DNA of 64,000 bases, from the IMG/VR virus record IMGVR_UViG_3300020420_000671; one strand, 5' to 3'. The position numbers and the translations under genes are program-made. Positions 28,788 through 38,445 of this stretch are shown here, piece after piece. The notes beneath the pieces were generated by a model. The model searched no databases. It saw only the letters and a program-made list of their open reading frames with translations, and was not told the origin of the DNA. Numbering within the stretch: the first letter of the stretch is position 1; the number at the start of each line of letters is the position of its first letter. The DNA is from a virus (Duplodnaviria; Caudoviricetes).

Positions 28788-30512
28788 ATGAGCTGGAAAA
28801 GATATTTTACACAAGCAGATGCTGATGGATCTAACAGTCCATTAAGTGTGGCAGGAAGCCAACCAGGACCGGCAAGAACCAACTATTCAAGTTATCTTCC
28901 AGATGTATACACCGGTGCTCCTAACAGAGTAGAACGTTACGGACAGTACAACGTAATGGATATGGACTCTGAAGTAAATGGAGCCTTAGATATTTTAGCA
29001 GAATTTTGTACCCAACTGAATACGCAAAACAAAACTTCATTTCAGATTGATTTCAAACAAACGGCAACGGGAAGTGAAATTAAGATAATTGAACAATACT
29101 TACAGCAGTGGCACAAACAAAACAATTTTGAAACACGCATGTTTAAAATAGTGCGTAACGTATTTAAATTTGGCGATTCTTTTTTCCTTAGAGATCCAGA
29201 AACTAAAAACTGGTTTCACGTTGATCCAGCAAAAGTATCAAGCATCATTGTAAACGAATCAGAAGGCAAAAAACCTGAACAGTATATTATTAGAGATATA
29301 AATTTAAATTTTGTTGATAAGGTTGCTACTACACCATATACCACTAACGGAAGTGTAACTGGAGGTGGTTCAGGATATCTTACAGGTGGTGTTAGAGGTA
29401 TGGTTGGAAATTCAAGTACACAAAGCAGTTCAACAAGATTTGGTCATGACAAGACAAAAGAAATTGCCATAGATGCTAAACACATGATTCATTTAAGTTT
29501 GTCAGAAGGATTAGACAACAACGCACCATTTGGAAACAGTTTACTAGAAGGCATATTTAAAGTATACAAACAAAAAGAACTATTAGAAGATGCTATCATA
29601 ATCTACAGAACACAGAGAGCGCCGGAAAGAAGAGTCTTTTATGTTGATGTAGGTAACATGCCAAGTCATTTGGCAATGCAGTTCGTAGAACGTGTGAAAA
29701 CGGAAATCCATCAAAGACGTATTCCGTCTAAATCAGGTGGAGGCACAAGTGTAATCGATAGTGCTTACAATCCATTATCAACAAACGAAGATTACTTCTT
29801 TCCGCAAACTGCTGAAGGTAGAGGATCTAAAGTTGAAACGCTACCAGGCGGAACAAATCTAGGTGAGATAGATGATCTTAAATATTTTACAAACAAACTT
29901 GTAAGAGGTTTGCGTATACCAAGTTCATACTTACCGGCGGCGGCACAGGATGAAGGACAAAGTTCATTTAATGATGGTAGAGTAGGCACAGCGTTTATAC
30001 AAGAGCTTAGATTTAACAAATACTGTGAACGTTTACAAAACTTACTTGTTGAAGTATTCAATCAAGAATTCAAAAGATATTTAATGGAAAAAGGTATCAA
30101 CATTGATTTAGCCATGTTTGACATTACTTTTCAACCACCACAAAACTTTGCTAGTTATAGACAAAGTGAATTAGACAATCAACGTATTGGTACATTTACA
30201 CAGATACAAGCAATCCCATTTATGAGTAACAGATACGCTATGAAACGATTCTTAGGAATGTCAGAAGCGGAACTTGCTGAAAATGAAAGAATGTGGAAAG
30301 AAGAAAACGCAGAAAATATTACTACACCAACAAACGCAAGTGGCGAAATGAGAGGTGCTGGCATAAGCGGTGCTGGTATAGAAGCAGATATAGCAGGAGC
30401 CGAAGACACACCACCAGAAGAAGATCCAGCTGGAGATGTTACAGTAGGTCAAGGAGACACACCTGCTCCAGATCCAACAGCAGGAGGAGCACCGGATACA
30501 CCTCCGGCATAA
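28788..30512 (+). CDS. gp20: Portal protein (T4 gp20-like)
   Basis: LLEDAIIIYRTQRAPERRVFYVDVGNMP, EDYFFP..GRGSKVETLPGG, DELRF-like QELRFNKYCERLQ. Confidence 0.93.
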   Translation: MSWKRYFTQADADGSNSPLSVAGSQPGPARTNYSSYLPDVYTGAPNRVERYGQYNVMDMDSEVNGALDILAEFCTQLNTQNKTSFQIDFKQTATGSEIKIIEQYLQQWHKQNNFETRMFKIVRNVFKFGDSFFLRDPETKNWFHVDPAKVSSIIVNESEGKKPEQYIIRDINLNFVDKVATTPYTTNGSVTGGGSGYLTGGVRGMVGNSSTQSSSTRFGHDKTKEIAIDAKHMIHLSLSEGLDNNAPFGNSLLEGIFKVYKQKELLEDAIIIYRTQRAPERRVFYVDVGNMPSHLAMQFVERVKTEIHQRRIPSKSGGGTSVIDSAYNPLSTNEDYFFPQTAEGRGSKVETLPGGTNLGEIDDLKYFTNKLVRGLRIPSSYLPAAAQDEGQSSFNDGRVGTAFIQELRFNKYCERLQNLLVEVFNQEFKRYLMEKGINIDLAMFDITFQPPQNFASYRQSELDNQRIGTFTQIQAIPFMSNRYAMKRFLGMSEAELAENERMWKEENAENITTPTNASGEMRGAGISGAGIEADIAGAEDTPPEEDPAGDVTVGQGDTPAPDPTAGGAPDTPPA

Positions 30513-30520
30513 ATAATAGC

Positions 30521-30763
30521 ATGATACTACGAGAATTTTTTTATTTTGATAAACAAACTTTTGAACCTGTCGAAGACAAGTCCTATGATGCCGTTGATGA
30601 CGAAAGCATTGTCAAGCGTGACGACACGAGAAAGACAAGACTTACACTAAAGCAAATCAATAAAGCTCGTAAAGCGTCAGAATTCCACCAAGAAGAAAAA
30701 GAAAAGGAACTAGACTTTATACGTCAGATGTACGGTATACAGGCACAACCAGAAGCCCTGTAG
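30521..30763 (+). CDS. Small head-module protein (80 aa); true start 30521 rather than 30293
   Basis: MILREFFYFD.. follows ATAAATA at 30509-15; the 30293 extension lies inside the portal gene. Confidence 0.75.
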   Translation: MILREFFYFDKQTFEPVEDKSYDAVDDESIVKRDDTRKTRLTLKQINKARKASEFHQEEKEKELDFIRQMYGIQAQPEAL

Positions 30764-30772
30764 GAGTTTTAA

Positions 30773-31372
30773 ATGACCGTAGCTTTCGTAATAGGCAATG
30801 GCGAGAGTCGTAAAGACATAGACTTACATCCTTTAAAAAATTACGGCAAAGTATATGCCTGTAATGCTGTATTCAGACATTTCCAACCACATTACCTAGT
30901 AGCAGTAGACGTAAAAATGATACTAGAAATAAATCAACATAAATGGCAAATGGAAAATGAAGTTTGGACCAACCCAAACAAACAATATCACGGGTTTCAA
31001 GGATTCAATTTTTTTCAACCTAGCAAAGGTTGGAGCAGTGGTCCAACAGCTTTATGGTTGGCAAGTACGCATCATCACGACACAATATATATATTAGGAT
31101 TTGACTTTCACGGCAAAGCAGATGACAAAGGACAGCGTACAAAGGTAAATAATCTGTACGCAGGAACACACAATTACAAAAAACTAGGTGAACCTGCTAC
31201 ATATTTTGGTAATTGGGAGCGACAAACAGCTTCTACTTGCGAAGCACACGCAGGAACTAAATATATAAGGATAGTTGAAGACGGCGACGATTTTATACCG
31301 AAGCAGTTAAAAAAAGTAAGTAACTTATCTCATATCACCATAAGTGAATTCAGGAGATATTATGATTTTTGA
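30773..31372 (+). CDS. Putative sugar/nucleotide transferase (MAF/MptE-like, sialyltransferase-like motifs)
   Basis: AFVIGNGESR, VYACNA, WSSGPTA, IYILGFDF motif pattern. Confidence 0.5.
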   Translation: MTVAFVIGNGESRKDIDLHPLKNYGKVYACNAVFRHFQPHYLVAVDVKMILEINQHKWQMENEVWTNPNKQYHGFQGFNFFQPSKGWSSGPTALWLASTHHHDTIYILGFDFHGKADDKGQRTKVNNLYAGTHNYKKLGEPATYFGNWERQTASTCEAHAGTKYIRIVEDGDDFIPKQLKKVSNLSHITISEFRRYYDF

Positions 31373-31396
31373 CACTAGGCGTCAAAAAAGCCCGTT

Positions 31397-31425
31397 TTGA
31401 CACCATTTTCCACGTATTTTATAAT
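31397..31425 (+). promoter_or_regulatory. Sigma70 consensus promoter upstream of the prohead genes
   Basis: TTGACA (31397-402), 17 nt, TATAAT (31420-25); followed by a late-like GTAAATA (31432-38). Confidence 0.8.
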
Positions 31426-31479
31426 AAAAGTGTAAATATTATCGACAGCCTTACACCATTAACATGACAGGAGAAACAA

Positions 31480-32472
31480 ATGGCAGATCAATCAAAACTA
31501 GAGCAAATGCTCGAAAAATTAGTTAACAATGATCGCGATGGCGCGGATTCATTGTTTCACGAGTTTGTAATCGAAAAATCACGTGGCATTTATGAAAAAA
31601 TGCTAGAAGATGACCTTAAAGACCTTGAAGTCGACGAAGGATCTCATAATAAAGATAAAAAAGATGAGAAGAAGAAAAAAGACGACAAGGATATGAAGGA
31701 AGAATCAGACGAATCAGAAGAATCAGTTGAAGAAGCTTCAAAAGAAGACGAAGAAGTTGAAGAAGCTTCAAAAGATGAAGAAGTAGACGAAGCTTCAGAC
31801 GAAGAAACTGACGAAAATATGGAAATTACACCAGAAGCTGACCCAATGGGCGGTGACGCGGCAGACGACATGATCGATGACATGGAAGCTGACGGCGAAG
31901 AAGGTGATATGGAAAAGGGCGACGACGATGAAGAAATCGAAGACAGAGTTGTTGACCTAGAAGACGCTCTTGATGACCTAAAAGCTGAATTTGAAAAAAT
32001 GATGGCTGATAAAGGTGGCGAAGACGACATGGATGACATGGACGACGATGCCGCTGATATGGATATGGGTGATGAAGAGAAGGAAGATGAAGCAGTAATG
32101 CCAACTTCCGAACTTGGCGGTGAAGAACTTCCAGTAGAAGACATGGAGCCAGCATTTGAAGGCAAAAAGTCCCAAACTGAAGTTATGCGTGAGTATGTAA
32201 ACAAAGTTGCTACACCAAAAGGTGAAGACAACAAAGCTAAAAGCCCAGTAGCAGGTGCTAACAATATGGGTGGAACAGCTAGTAACATAGCACAAGGCGG
32301 CGAAGGCGATACAAAAGGTTCAGCACAAACTCCAAAAGAAGATAATATGGGGAATGTAAATGTACCTGGTAACGCTAAAGCACCAGCATACAACAAAGCC
32401 AATGGCCACGGAGCTGAAAAGAAAGGCTCAGGCGAAACAGGTGCCGATACTAAATCACCTATCGGTAGCTAA
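31480..32472 (+). CDS. Highly acidic prohead core/scaffold-like protein
   Basis: Very D/E-rich 330 aa between portal and protease (gp67/gp68 position). Confidence 0.6.
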   Translation: MADQSKLEQMLEKLVNNDRDGADSLFHEFVIEKSRGIYEKMLEDDLKDLEVDEGSHNKDKKDEKKKKDDKDMKEESDESEESVEEASKEDEEVEEASKDEEVDEASDEETDENMEITPEADPMGGDAADDMIDDMEADGEEGDMEKGDDDEEIEDRVVDLEDALDDLKAEFEKMMADKGGEDDMDDMDDDAADMDMGDEEKEDEAVMPTSELGGEELPVEDMEPAFEGKKSQTEVMREYVNKVATPKGEDNKAKSPVAGANNMGGTASNIAQGGEGDTKGSAQTPKEDNMGNVNVPGNAKAPAYNKANGHGAEKKGSGETGADTKSPIGS

Positions 32473-32490
32473 TTGAGGACTAAAGGTTAG

Positions 32491-33126
32491 ATGTTAACTT
32501 TAACTGAAACACTATCATTCGACCAAGCAAAAATGGTCGTGGAGCATGCCGAAAATGAGTCAGGTGGTAAGGACTTGTACTTAAAAGGTATATGCATCCA
32601 AGGTGGTGTACGTAATGCTAATCAAAGAGTATATCCTGTTAATGAAATCGGTAGAGCTGTCAACACGCTCAACGATCAGATTAAAGGCGGATATAGTGTA
32701 CTTGGTGAAGTAGATCATCCAGAAGGACTCAACATTAACCTGGATCGTGTATCACACATGATAACTGAAATGTGGATGGACGGACCAAATGGTTACGGAA
32801 AACTTAAAGTCATTCCAACCCCGATGGGACAACTAATTTCAACAATGATTAATAACGGCGTTAAAATTGGTGTTTCATCTAGGGGTTCTGGGAATGTAAA
32901 AGAAGACGGAAGCGGAGAAGTCAGCGAGTTTGAAATTATAACTGTTGACTGTGTCGCACAACCAAGTGCTCCGGGAGCTTATCCAACTCCCATTTATGAG
33001 CATTTGATGAATACAAAACATGGCTACAAGGCATTCAATTTGGCTCGCGAATTAAAAAGCGATGAAAAGGCACAAAAGTATCTAAAGGACTCATTGGTAA
33101 ATATTATCAGTGGGCTCAGAAATTAG
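32491..33126 (+). CDS. gp21: Prohead protease (T4 gp21-like)
   Basis: NANQRVYP, LGEVDHP, GVSSRGSG, VAQPSAPGA. Confidence 0.92.
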   Translation: MLTLTETLSFDQAKMVVEHAENESGGKDLYLKGICIQGGVRNANQRVYPVNEIGRAVNTLNDQIKGGYSVLGEVDHPEGLNINLDRVSHMITEMWMDGPNGYGKLKVIPTPMGQLISTMINNGVKIGVSSRGSGNVKEDGSGEVSEFEIITVDCVAQPSAPGAYPTPIYEHLMNTKHGYKAFNLARELKSDEKAQKYLKDSLVNIISGLRN

Positions 33127-33136
33127 GAGAAACAAA

Positions 33137-34237
33137 ATGTTAGATGCACTGAAAAATCTCTTCGAAAACAACGCAATTTCAGAAGAAATCAGAGCAGAAA
33201 TCGAACAGGCTTGGAACGATAAGGTAAATGAAAACCGCTTACAGGCTACAGCAGAACTTCGCGAAGAGTTTGCTCAGAAGTATGAGCACGACAAGCAAAC
33301 AATGGTGGAAGCTATTGATAAAATGCTTGAAGACAGACTAGGCGCGGAGATTACTGAGTTTGCGGACGATCGTCAAAAACTAGCTGAAGCAAGAGCAAAG
33401 TATGCGGTAGCGATGCGTGAAAACGCAGATCTATTAAAGACTTTTGTTGTTAATCAACTAGGTAAAGAAGTAGGCGAATTGCACGAAGACCAGAAGGCTA
33501 TGGCAGGTAAGTTCCAAAAACTTGAGGATTTCGTTGTTGATTCTTTATCAAAAGAAATCGCAGAGTTCTACGAAGACAAAAAAGACTTGGCAGAAACAAA
33601 AGTACGTTTAGTACGTGAAGCCAAATCCCATCTAGCTAAAGTTAAAGGCAAATTCATCAAGGATGCGACTACAGTTGTAGCAGAAACAGTTGAAAAAGGT
33701 CTCAAGAAAGAGATTGGACAACTTAAAGAAGATATCGATTCAGCTCGTAAAAATGACTTTGGTAGAAAGATTTTCGAATCTTTTGCTAATGAATATGCGA
33801 ACAGTTATCTAAATGAGAAGTCAGAGACTGCTAAACTACTTAAAGTTGTTGACTTGAAGGACAAGCAATTAGCAGAAGCTAAAGTACAAGCTAGTGAGCA
33901 AAAAGCACTAGTTGAGTCTAAAGAGCAAGAAATTGCTAAAGTTACTGATTCAGCTAAGAGAGCTTCAACCATTAGCGAACTTACTGCTCCTTTAAACAAG
34001 AAGCAAAAAGCAATTATGACAGATTTGCTGGAATCTGTACAGACGGACAGACTGAAGTCACAGTTTGACAAGTACATACCGAGCGTAATAGCAGGTGACA
34101 CACCAGCGAAGGACACCAAGGCGACGTTAACAGAAGGCACAGAAGTTACAGGCAATAAACAAAATAATGACATAGATGCAGGTTCGTCTAACACAGATAA
34201 TGTGATAGACATTAGAAGACTTGCAGGATTAAACTAA
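33137..34237 (+). CDS. gp22: Prohead scaffold (T4 gp22-like)
   Basis: Coiled coil between protease and capsid; RBS AGGAGA favours ATG 33137 over the ORF-track start 33110. Confidence 0.85.
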   Translation: MLDALKNLFENNAISEEIRAEIEQAWNDKVNENRLQATAELREEFAQKYEHDKQTMVEAIDKMLEDRLGAEITEFADDRQKLAEARAKYAVAMRENADLLKTFVVNQLGKEVGELHEDQKAMAGKFQKLEDFVVDSLSKEIAEFYEDKKDLAETKVRLVREAKSHLAKVKGKFIKDATTVVAETVEKGLKKEIGQLKEDIDSARKNDFGRKIFESFANEYANSYLNEKSETAKLLKVVDLKDKQLAEAKVQASEQKALVESKEQEIAKVTDSAKRASTISELTAPLNKKQKAIMTDLLESVQTDRLKSQFDKYIPSVIAGDTPAKDTKATLTEGTEVTGNKQNNDIDAGSSNTDNVIDIRRLAGLN

Positions 34238-34247
34238 GGAGAAAAAC

Positions 34248-35435
34248 ATGTCAGAACTACTAGAAAGTCGCTGGCAGGATACGAAAACTGCACTTCTAGA
34301 AGGCCTCGAAGGCAATAAAAAGTCAGTTATGGGTGTTACATTAGAAAACACTCGTAAGTACTTGGCTGAGGCCGCAACAGCAGGTGCATCTAGTGCAGGC
34401 AACGTTGCTACACTAAACAGAGTGATCCTTCCAGTAATAAGAAGGGTTATGCCTACGGTTATCGCTAACGAATTAGTTGGTGTACAACCTATGACAGGCC
34501 CTGTGGGACAAATCCACACACTAAGAGTAAGATATGCTGACAGTATGGCATCATCTGCAACAGCTACTACAGCAGGCGAAGAGGCATTAAGCCCATTCAA
34601 AATTGCTGAGGGCTATTCAGGTGCTGGCGATGCGGCTACTTACAACGACAAAACAGCTAACACAACAGCTTCTTTAGAAGGTGTAGCTGGTAAGAGATTG
34701 TCAATCCAGATCTTAAAGCAAACAGTCGAAGCAAAAACCAGAAAGCTATCAGCTAGATGGACTTTTGAAGCGGCTCAAGATGCTCAAGCACAACAAGGTA
34801 TTGATATTGAAGCAGAAATTATGGCGGCATTGGCGCAAGAAATTACTGCTGAAATTGATCAAGAGATTCTTTCATCTCTACGTACTTTGGCTGGAACAGT
34901 CGAAACTTACGATCAGGCGGCTGTAAGTGGTACAGCAACTTTTGTTGGTGACGAACATGCGGCATTAGCTGTTCAAATCAACAGAGTGGCAAACTTAATT
35001 GCGGCTAGAACAAGACGTGGTGCTGGTAACTACGCAGTGGTATCACCATTTGCGTTAACATTACTACAGTCTGCTACAACTTCAGCGTTCGCAAGAACAA
35101 CTGAAGGTACTTTCGAAGCTCCAACTAACACTAAAATGGTTGGAACACTTAACGGTGCGATGAAAGTATACGTAGACGCTTATGCGGCGGATAGTACAGA
35201 AGTATTGATTGGATACAAAGGTTCAAGTGAATCTGATGCTCCAGCATTCTACTGTCCATACATTCCGTTAATGTCAAGTGGCGTTGTATTAGATCCAAGC
35301 ACATTTGAGCCAGTAGTGTCATTTATGACAAGATATGGTTACATTGAGCTATCTAATGTGGCATCATCACTTGGTAACGCGGCTGATTACCTTGGCGCAG
35401 TAGCAATTACTAACGGCAACGTATCATTTAGCTAA
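34248..35435 (+). CDS. gp23: Major capsid protein (T4 gp23-like)
   Basis: GVQPMTGPVGQIHTLR, KTRKLSARWTFEAAQD, EITAEIDQE, FYCPYIPL, FMTRYG. Confidence 0.95.
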   Translation: MSELLESRWQDTKTALLEGLEGNKKSVMGVTLENTRKYLAEAATAGASSAGNVATLNRVILPVIRRVMPTVIANELVGVQPMTGPVGQIHTLRVRYADSMASSATATTAGEEALSPFKIAEGYSGAGDAATYNDKTANTTASLEGVAGKRLSIQILKQTVEAKTRKLSARWTFEAAQDAQAQQGIDIEAEIMAALAQEITAEIDQEILSSLRTLAGTVETYDQAAVSGTATFVGDEHAALAVQINRVANLIAARTRRGAGNYAVVSPFALTLLQSATTSAFARTTEGTFEAPTNTKMVGTLNGAMKVYVDAYAADSTEVLIGYKGSSESDAPAFYCPYIPLMSSGVVLDPSTFEPVVSFMTRYGYIELSNVASSLGNAADYLGAVAITNGNVSFS

Positions 35436-35456
35436 TACCTAAACGACGACAAATTT

Positions 35457-35485
35457 AAAAAGGGCGACTTGTTCGCCCTTTTTTT
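35457..35485 (+). terminator. Intrinsic terminator after the capsid gene
   Basis: AAAAAGGGCGA-CTTGT-TCGCCCTTTTT with a 7-T run. Confidence 0.9.
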
Positions 35486-35518
35486 ATGGATTTTGGTAAA
35501 CAAAATACAAAAAAAGTG

Positions 35519-35547
35519 TTGACAAATGCTTTTTTCTCTGTTATATT
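35519..35547 (+). promoter_or_regulatory. Sigma70 promoter with extended -10, facing a non-coding unit
   Basis: TTGACA (35519-24), 17 nt, TATATT (35542-47), preceded by TG at 35539-40. Confidence 0.8.
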
Positions 35548-35583
35548 GTTTACATAAGCTAAAAACTTGTAGCTAGAGTTTTT

Positions 35584-35774
35584 AAATAGTGCAAGGAAGA
35601 GGCGTTTACCAGAGCGTCGAACTTGGCTGTTTAGGGGTGGTACCCAGGCTTGGTAGTAGAAATACGCTGAGTCACATCGCTCTACCGAGCGGAAACAGGC
35701 TCCCTGGTTATCAGAATGGCATCTGTGGCGAGGGGTTGTAGGTATAACCGAGTCCTACCTATTATTGCTTATTT
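35584..35774 (+). ncRNA. Candidate ~190 nt structured RNA gene, family not recognised
   Basis: Bounded by its own promoter and terminator; no ORF; hand count 92/180 GC over 35581-35760; closing stem 35584-94/35765-74 plus seven internal stems. Confidence 0.75.
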
Positions 35775-35775
35775 T

Positions 35776-35814
35776 AAAAGGTGTGCAAGGAAACTTGTAT
35801 ACCTTTTTCCTTTT
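35776..35814 (+). terminator. Intrinsic terminator of the ncRNA unit
   Basis: 14 bp stem AAAAGGTGTGCAAG-GAAA-CTTGTATACCTTTT followed by TCCTTTT. Confidence 0.8.
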
Positions 35815-35912
35815 CTGATAAATACAATGTCTAAGAGAGAACCTCTGAGATGAGGACTTATGCTGTTTAACCCACAGCGTAGACCTAGAACGTCTAACAT
35901 AAGGAGAAAAAA

Positions 35913-36530
35913 ATGGGAAGACCTATTAATAAAAAACACATTGGTGATGGAGCAGGTAAAATCCAAGTAACTGCGGTTAAATTCGCATCTGGTGGAGAAG
36001 TTACTACTGAGTCACATATTGTGTCACAAAGATCAACAAGAAAATTCATCGTAACTGATGGAAGTAAAACAGAAACTTGTACACTTGTAAACAAGTCAAT
36101 CGGTGGCTTAGGTGCTAGTGAATTCTGCATCAACGTAACTGACAGTGACGGTGTTACAAAACAAGTAACCAAGTTAATGAACAGAAAAATGCAACTTGAA
36201 GGTGCTTCTAACCATAAATGGGCTAGATCATCAACAGGTACATCTGAAGCGATTGAAAAAGCGATTACTGGAGCAACAGCGGCAAATCCATGTGTTATTA
36301 CATCAAATGGACACGGCTTTGTTAACGGAGATAAAATATCTATCCGTGGCGTAGTTGGAATGGTTGAGCTAAACACTGAAACTGCTTACACAGTGGCAGG
36401 AAAAACAGCTAACACATTTCAGTTATCAGGTGTAAACAGTGGCGGCTTTACTGGTTATACATCAGGCGGTATTGCAACTAAGGCGGCGGCTGAAAGCGGC
36501 GGCATTGTAGTTGACGCACAGGCATCGTAA
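35913..36530 (+). CDS. Virion structural protein with a beta-rich C-terminal module
   Basis: Late box ATAAATA 35818-24, RBS AAGGAG; ITGATAANPCVITSNGHGF..GMVELN..YTV module typical of phage structural proteins. Confidence 0.7.
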   Translation: MGRPINKKHIGDGAGKIQVTAVKFASGGEVTTESHIVSQRSTRKFIVTDGSKTETCTLVNKSIGGLGASEFCINVTDSDGVTKQVTKLMNRKMQLEGASNHKWARSSTGTSEAIEKAITGATAANPCVITSNGHGFVNGDKISIRGVVGMVELNTETAYTVAGKTANTFQLSGVNSGGFTGYTSGGIATKAAAESGGIVVDAQAS

Positions 36531-36543
36531 GATAAGATATAAA

Positions 36544-36570
36544 TGTTGTGGGGGCAAGTTCCCCACAGCA
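36544..36570 (+). promoter_or_regulatory. Strong intergenic hairpin (attenuator or stabiliser)
   Basis: TGTTGTGGGG / CCCCACAGCA 10 bp stem without a U-tract, just before the RBS of 36587. Confidence 0.5.
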
Positions 36571-36586
36571 ATTTAAGGAATTGTAA

Positions 36587-37537
36587 ATGTCAAAGAATTT
36601 AAATGTAAACAGCGGTAATTATACCATAAGAGTGGCAGATGGTAACACTATTACATTGGATACCGGAGCAACTGGTACTACTACGTTAACCGGCAACTTG
36701 ACTGTTTCTGGAACAACTACAACAGTAAATTCTTCTAATTTAAATTTAAAAGATAATATCATAAAAATTAATGATGGTGAAACAGGTAGCGGCATTACAT
36801 TAAACACAGCTGGATTACAATTTGATAGAGGGTCACAACAAGATGCGTTGTTCTTATTTGATGAGCAAACATCACATAACGATCCTGTAACACAAACTGT
36901 AAGAGCAGGTACTTTTACGTTTAAAGATAATTCAGGTGCTATAAGAGGAATACTAACAAATAGTATATCAACAGGCGGTGGAGATTTGTATCTCATAAAC
37001 AGCGGTACTGGAGTGATTAATGTTAGTGGAACAAACAATTATGAAACACAAGTTACAGCAGATGATGATATTCCAAACAAAAAATATGTTGACGATGCTA
37101 TAACAACAGGTATTCAAACTATTCAGATTACTTCTGTTGCTAGAGGAAACACAGCAGTTAACCTTTTTGATGATAGTTTAGATGCCAGCATAAGTGCTAT
37201 TAGATTTACTGTTGACGGAAATGAAAGAGTTTTAATTAAAAATAGTTCAACTGAAATTGAAAGCATCAGTTTTCAAGATAATTTAATTACAACAACATCC
37301 AGTGGAGCAGATTTAACTCTAAGCAGTAATGGTAGTCCTTTTGTAAAAATAGACGGATTACTTAGATTACCCTTACAAGATGATAGTTCAACAGTAACTT
37401 ATTCACCCACACACGTTGCTGTATATGCCAAAGATCCTGATAAAGGAAAAACAGGAGTGTGGTACAAGAATAAGTATGATCATGAAGATGAATTGATAAG
37501 TACTAATAGATCATTGCTTTATAGTATGTTATTTTAA
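36587..37537 (+). CDS. Virion structural / fibre-associated protein
   Basis: GNLTVSGTTTTVNSSNLNLKDNII and IPNKKYVDDA are fibre-type repeats. Confidence 0.65.
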   Translation: MSKNLNVNSGNYTIRVADGNTITLDTGATGTTTLTGNLTVSGTTTTVNSSNLNLKDNIIKINDGETGSGITLNTAGLQFDRGSQQDALFLFDEQTSHNDPVTQTVRAGTFTFKDNSGAIRGILTNSISTGGGDLYLINSGTGVINVSGTNNYETQVTADDDIPNKKYVDDAITTGIQTIQITSVARGNTAVNLFDDSLDASISAIRFTVDGNERVLIKNSSTEIESISFQDNLITTTSSGADLTLSSNGSPFVKIDGLLRLPLQDDSSTVTYSPTHVAVYAKDPDKGKTGVWYKNKYDHEDELISTNRSLLYSMLF

Positions 37538-37546
37538 GGAAAGAAT

Positions 37547-37891
37547 ATGGCGATTGTAAATAAACAAATAGGTTTAACAGATACAATAATTCATACGGTG
37601 CCAGCAGGAAGTAGACACGCAATTACTACTTTGCTTATCTGTAATAAGGCGGCAGTAGATACAGGAGGTAGTAATGATACTTCTGTGGACTTACACCTTA
37701 TTCCAAATGGACAAGCGAAGGGTAATGCTGATCCAAACGCAAACCAAATTTTAAATGATTTGGTGATAGCAGGAGCAGATACGTTTACTTTTGACACTGA
37801 AAAGATTGTACTTGAAGGAGGAGATAAAATTGTGGCTGTTAGTCAATCTCCTGCGAATCTAATTGCGACAGTAAGTTATTTGGAAGTATAA
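37547..37891 (+). CDS. Small fibre-associated protein (paralogue 1 of 3)
   Basis: HTVPAG..LLICN..EKIVLEGGD resembles 45548 and 56753. Confidence 0.7.
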   Translation: MAIVNKQIGLTDTIIHTVPAGSRHAITTLLICNKAAVDTGGSNDTSVDLHLIPNGQAKGNADPNANQILNDLVIAGADTFTFDTEKIVLEGGDKIVAVSQSPANLIATVSYLEV

Positions 37892-38409
37892 TGAGATTTA
37901 TTAAAGCACAAAGAACATCTCGAGGAATCAATGCCGACACCAAAGGCTTGAATATAGATGCTTTGGGACTGGCAACAATTAATACTGATAAAGCAGTAAT
38001 ACCACCAAAAGGTGATCAAAATGCTAGACCTTTTACTCCTGTAGAAGGAATGTTGAGATATAATACTGATGTTACAAACTTTGAAGTGTATCAAAATAGT
38101 GCTTGGAAACCAATAAGATTTAAAGAACCTATTACAATCACACAACAAAACTTAGGCAACGGTAATGGAACAGAAACAACATTTGGACCTTTAAATAGTG
38201 GAGATAGTTTTTATCCAGTGCCTATTTCAGAAAACAATATATTAGTAACTATTGAAAACGTTTTTCAGTTAGCAACAACTAACTATACGTTAGTACAAAA
38301 TCCTTCCTCAGGACCAGGCGCACCCTATGCCGCAGGTTGGTATCTTGTGTTTGGCACTCCTGTACCGTCAGGTAAGCCCGTACAAGTGCTACATAACTTC
38401 GACAAGTAA
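37891..38409 (+). CDS. Fibre-associated protein
   Basis: PPKGDQNARP..GMLRYNTD motif shared with the C-termini of the large fibre genes. Confidence 0.65.
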   Translation: MRFIKAQRTSRGINADTKGLNIDALGLATINTDKAVIPPKGDQNARPFTPVEGMLRYNTDVTNFEVYQNSAWKPIRFKEPITITQQNLGNGNGTETTFGPLNSGDSFYPVPISENNILVTIENVFQLATTNYTLVQNPSSGPGAPYAAGWYLVFGTPVPSGKPVQVLHNFDK

Positions 38410-38445
38410 TACAATAAATACAGTTGTTAAATCGAGGGAAATAAT

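Noticed and set aside
30293-30520. Arg-rich N-terminal extension of the small head gene
   Set aside because: Alternate frame of the portal C-terminus; the late box and ATG 30521 give a better start.
31644-32402. 252 aa Ser-rich minus ORF
   Set aside because: Antisense shadow of GAA/GAC-rich codons in the acidic scaffold-like gene.
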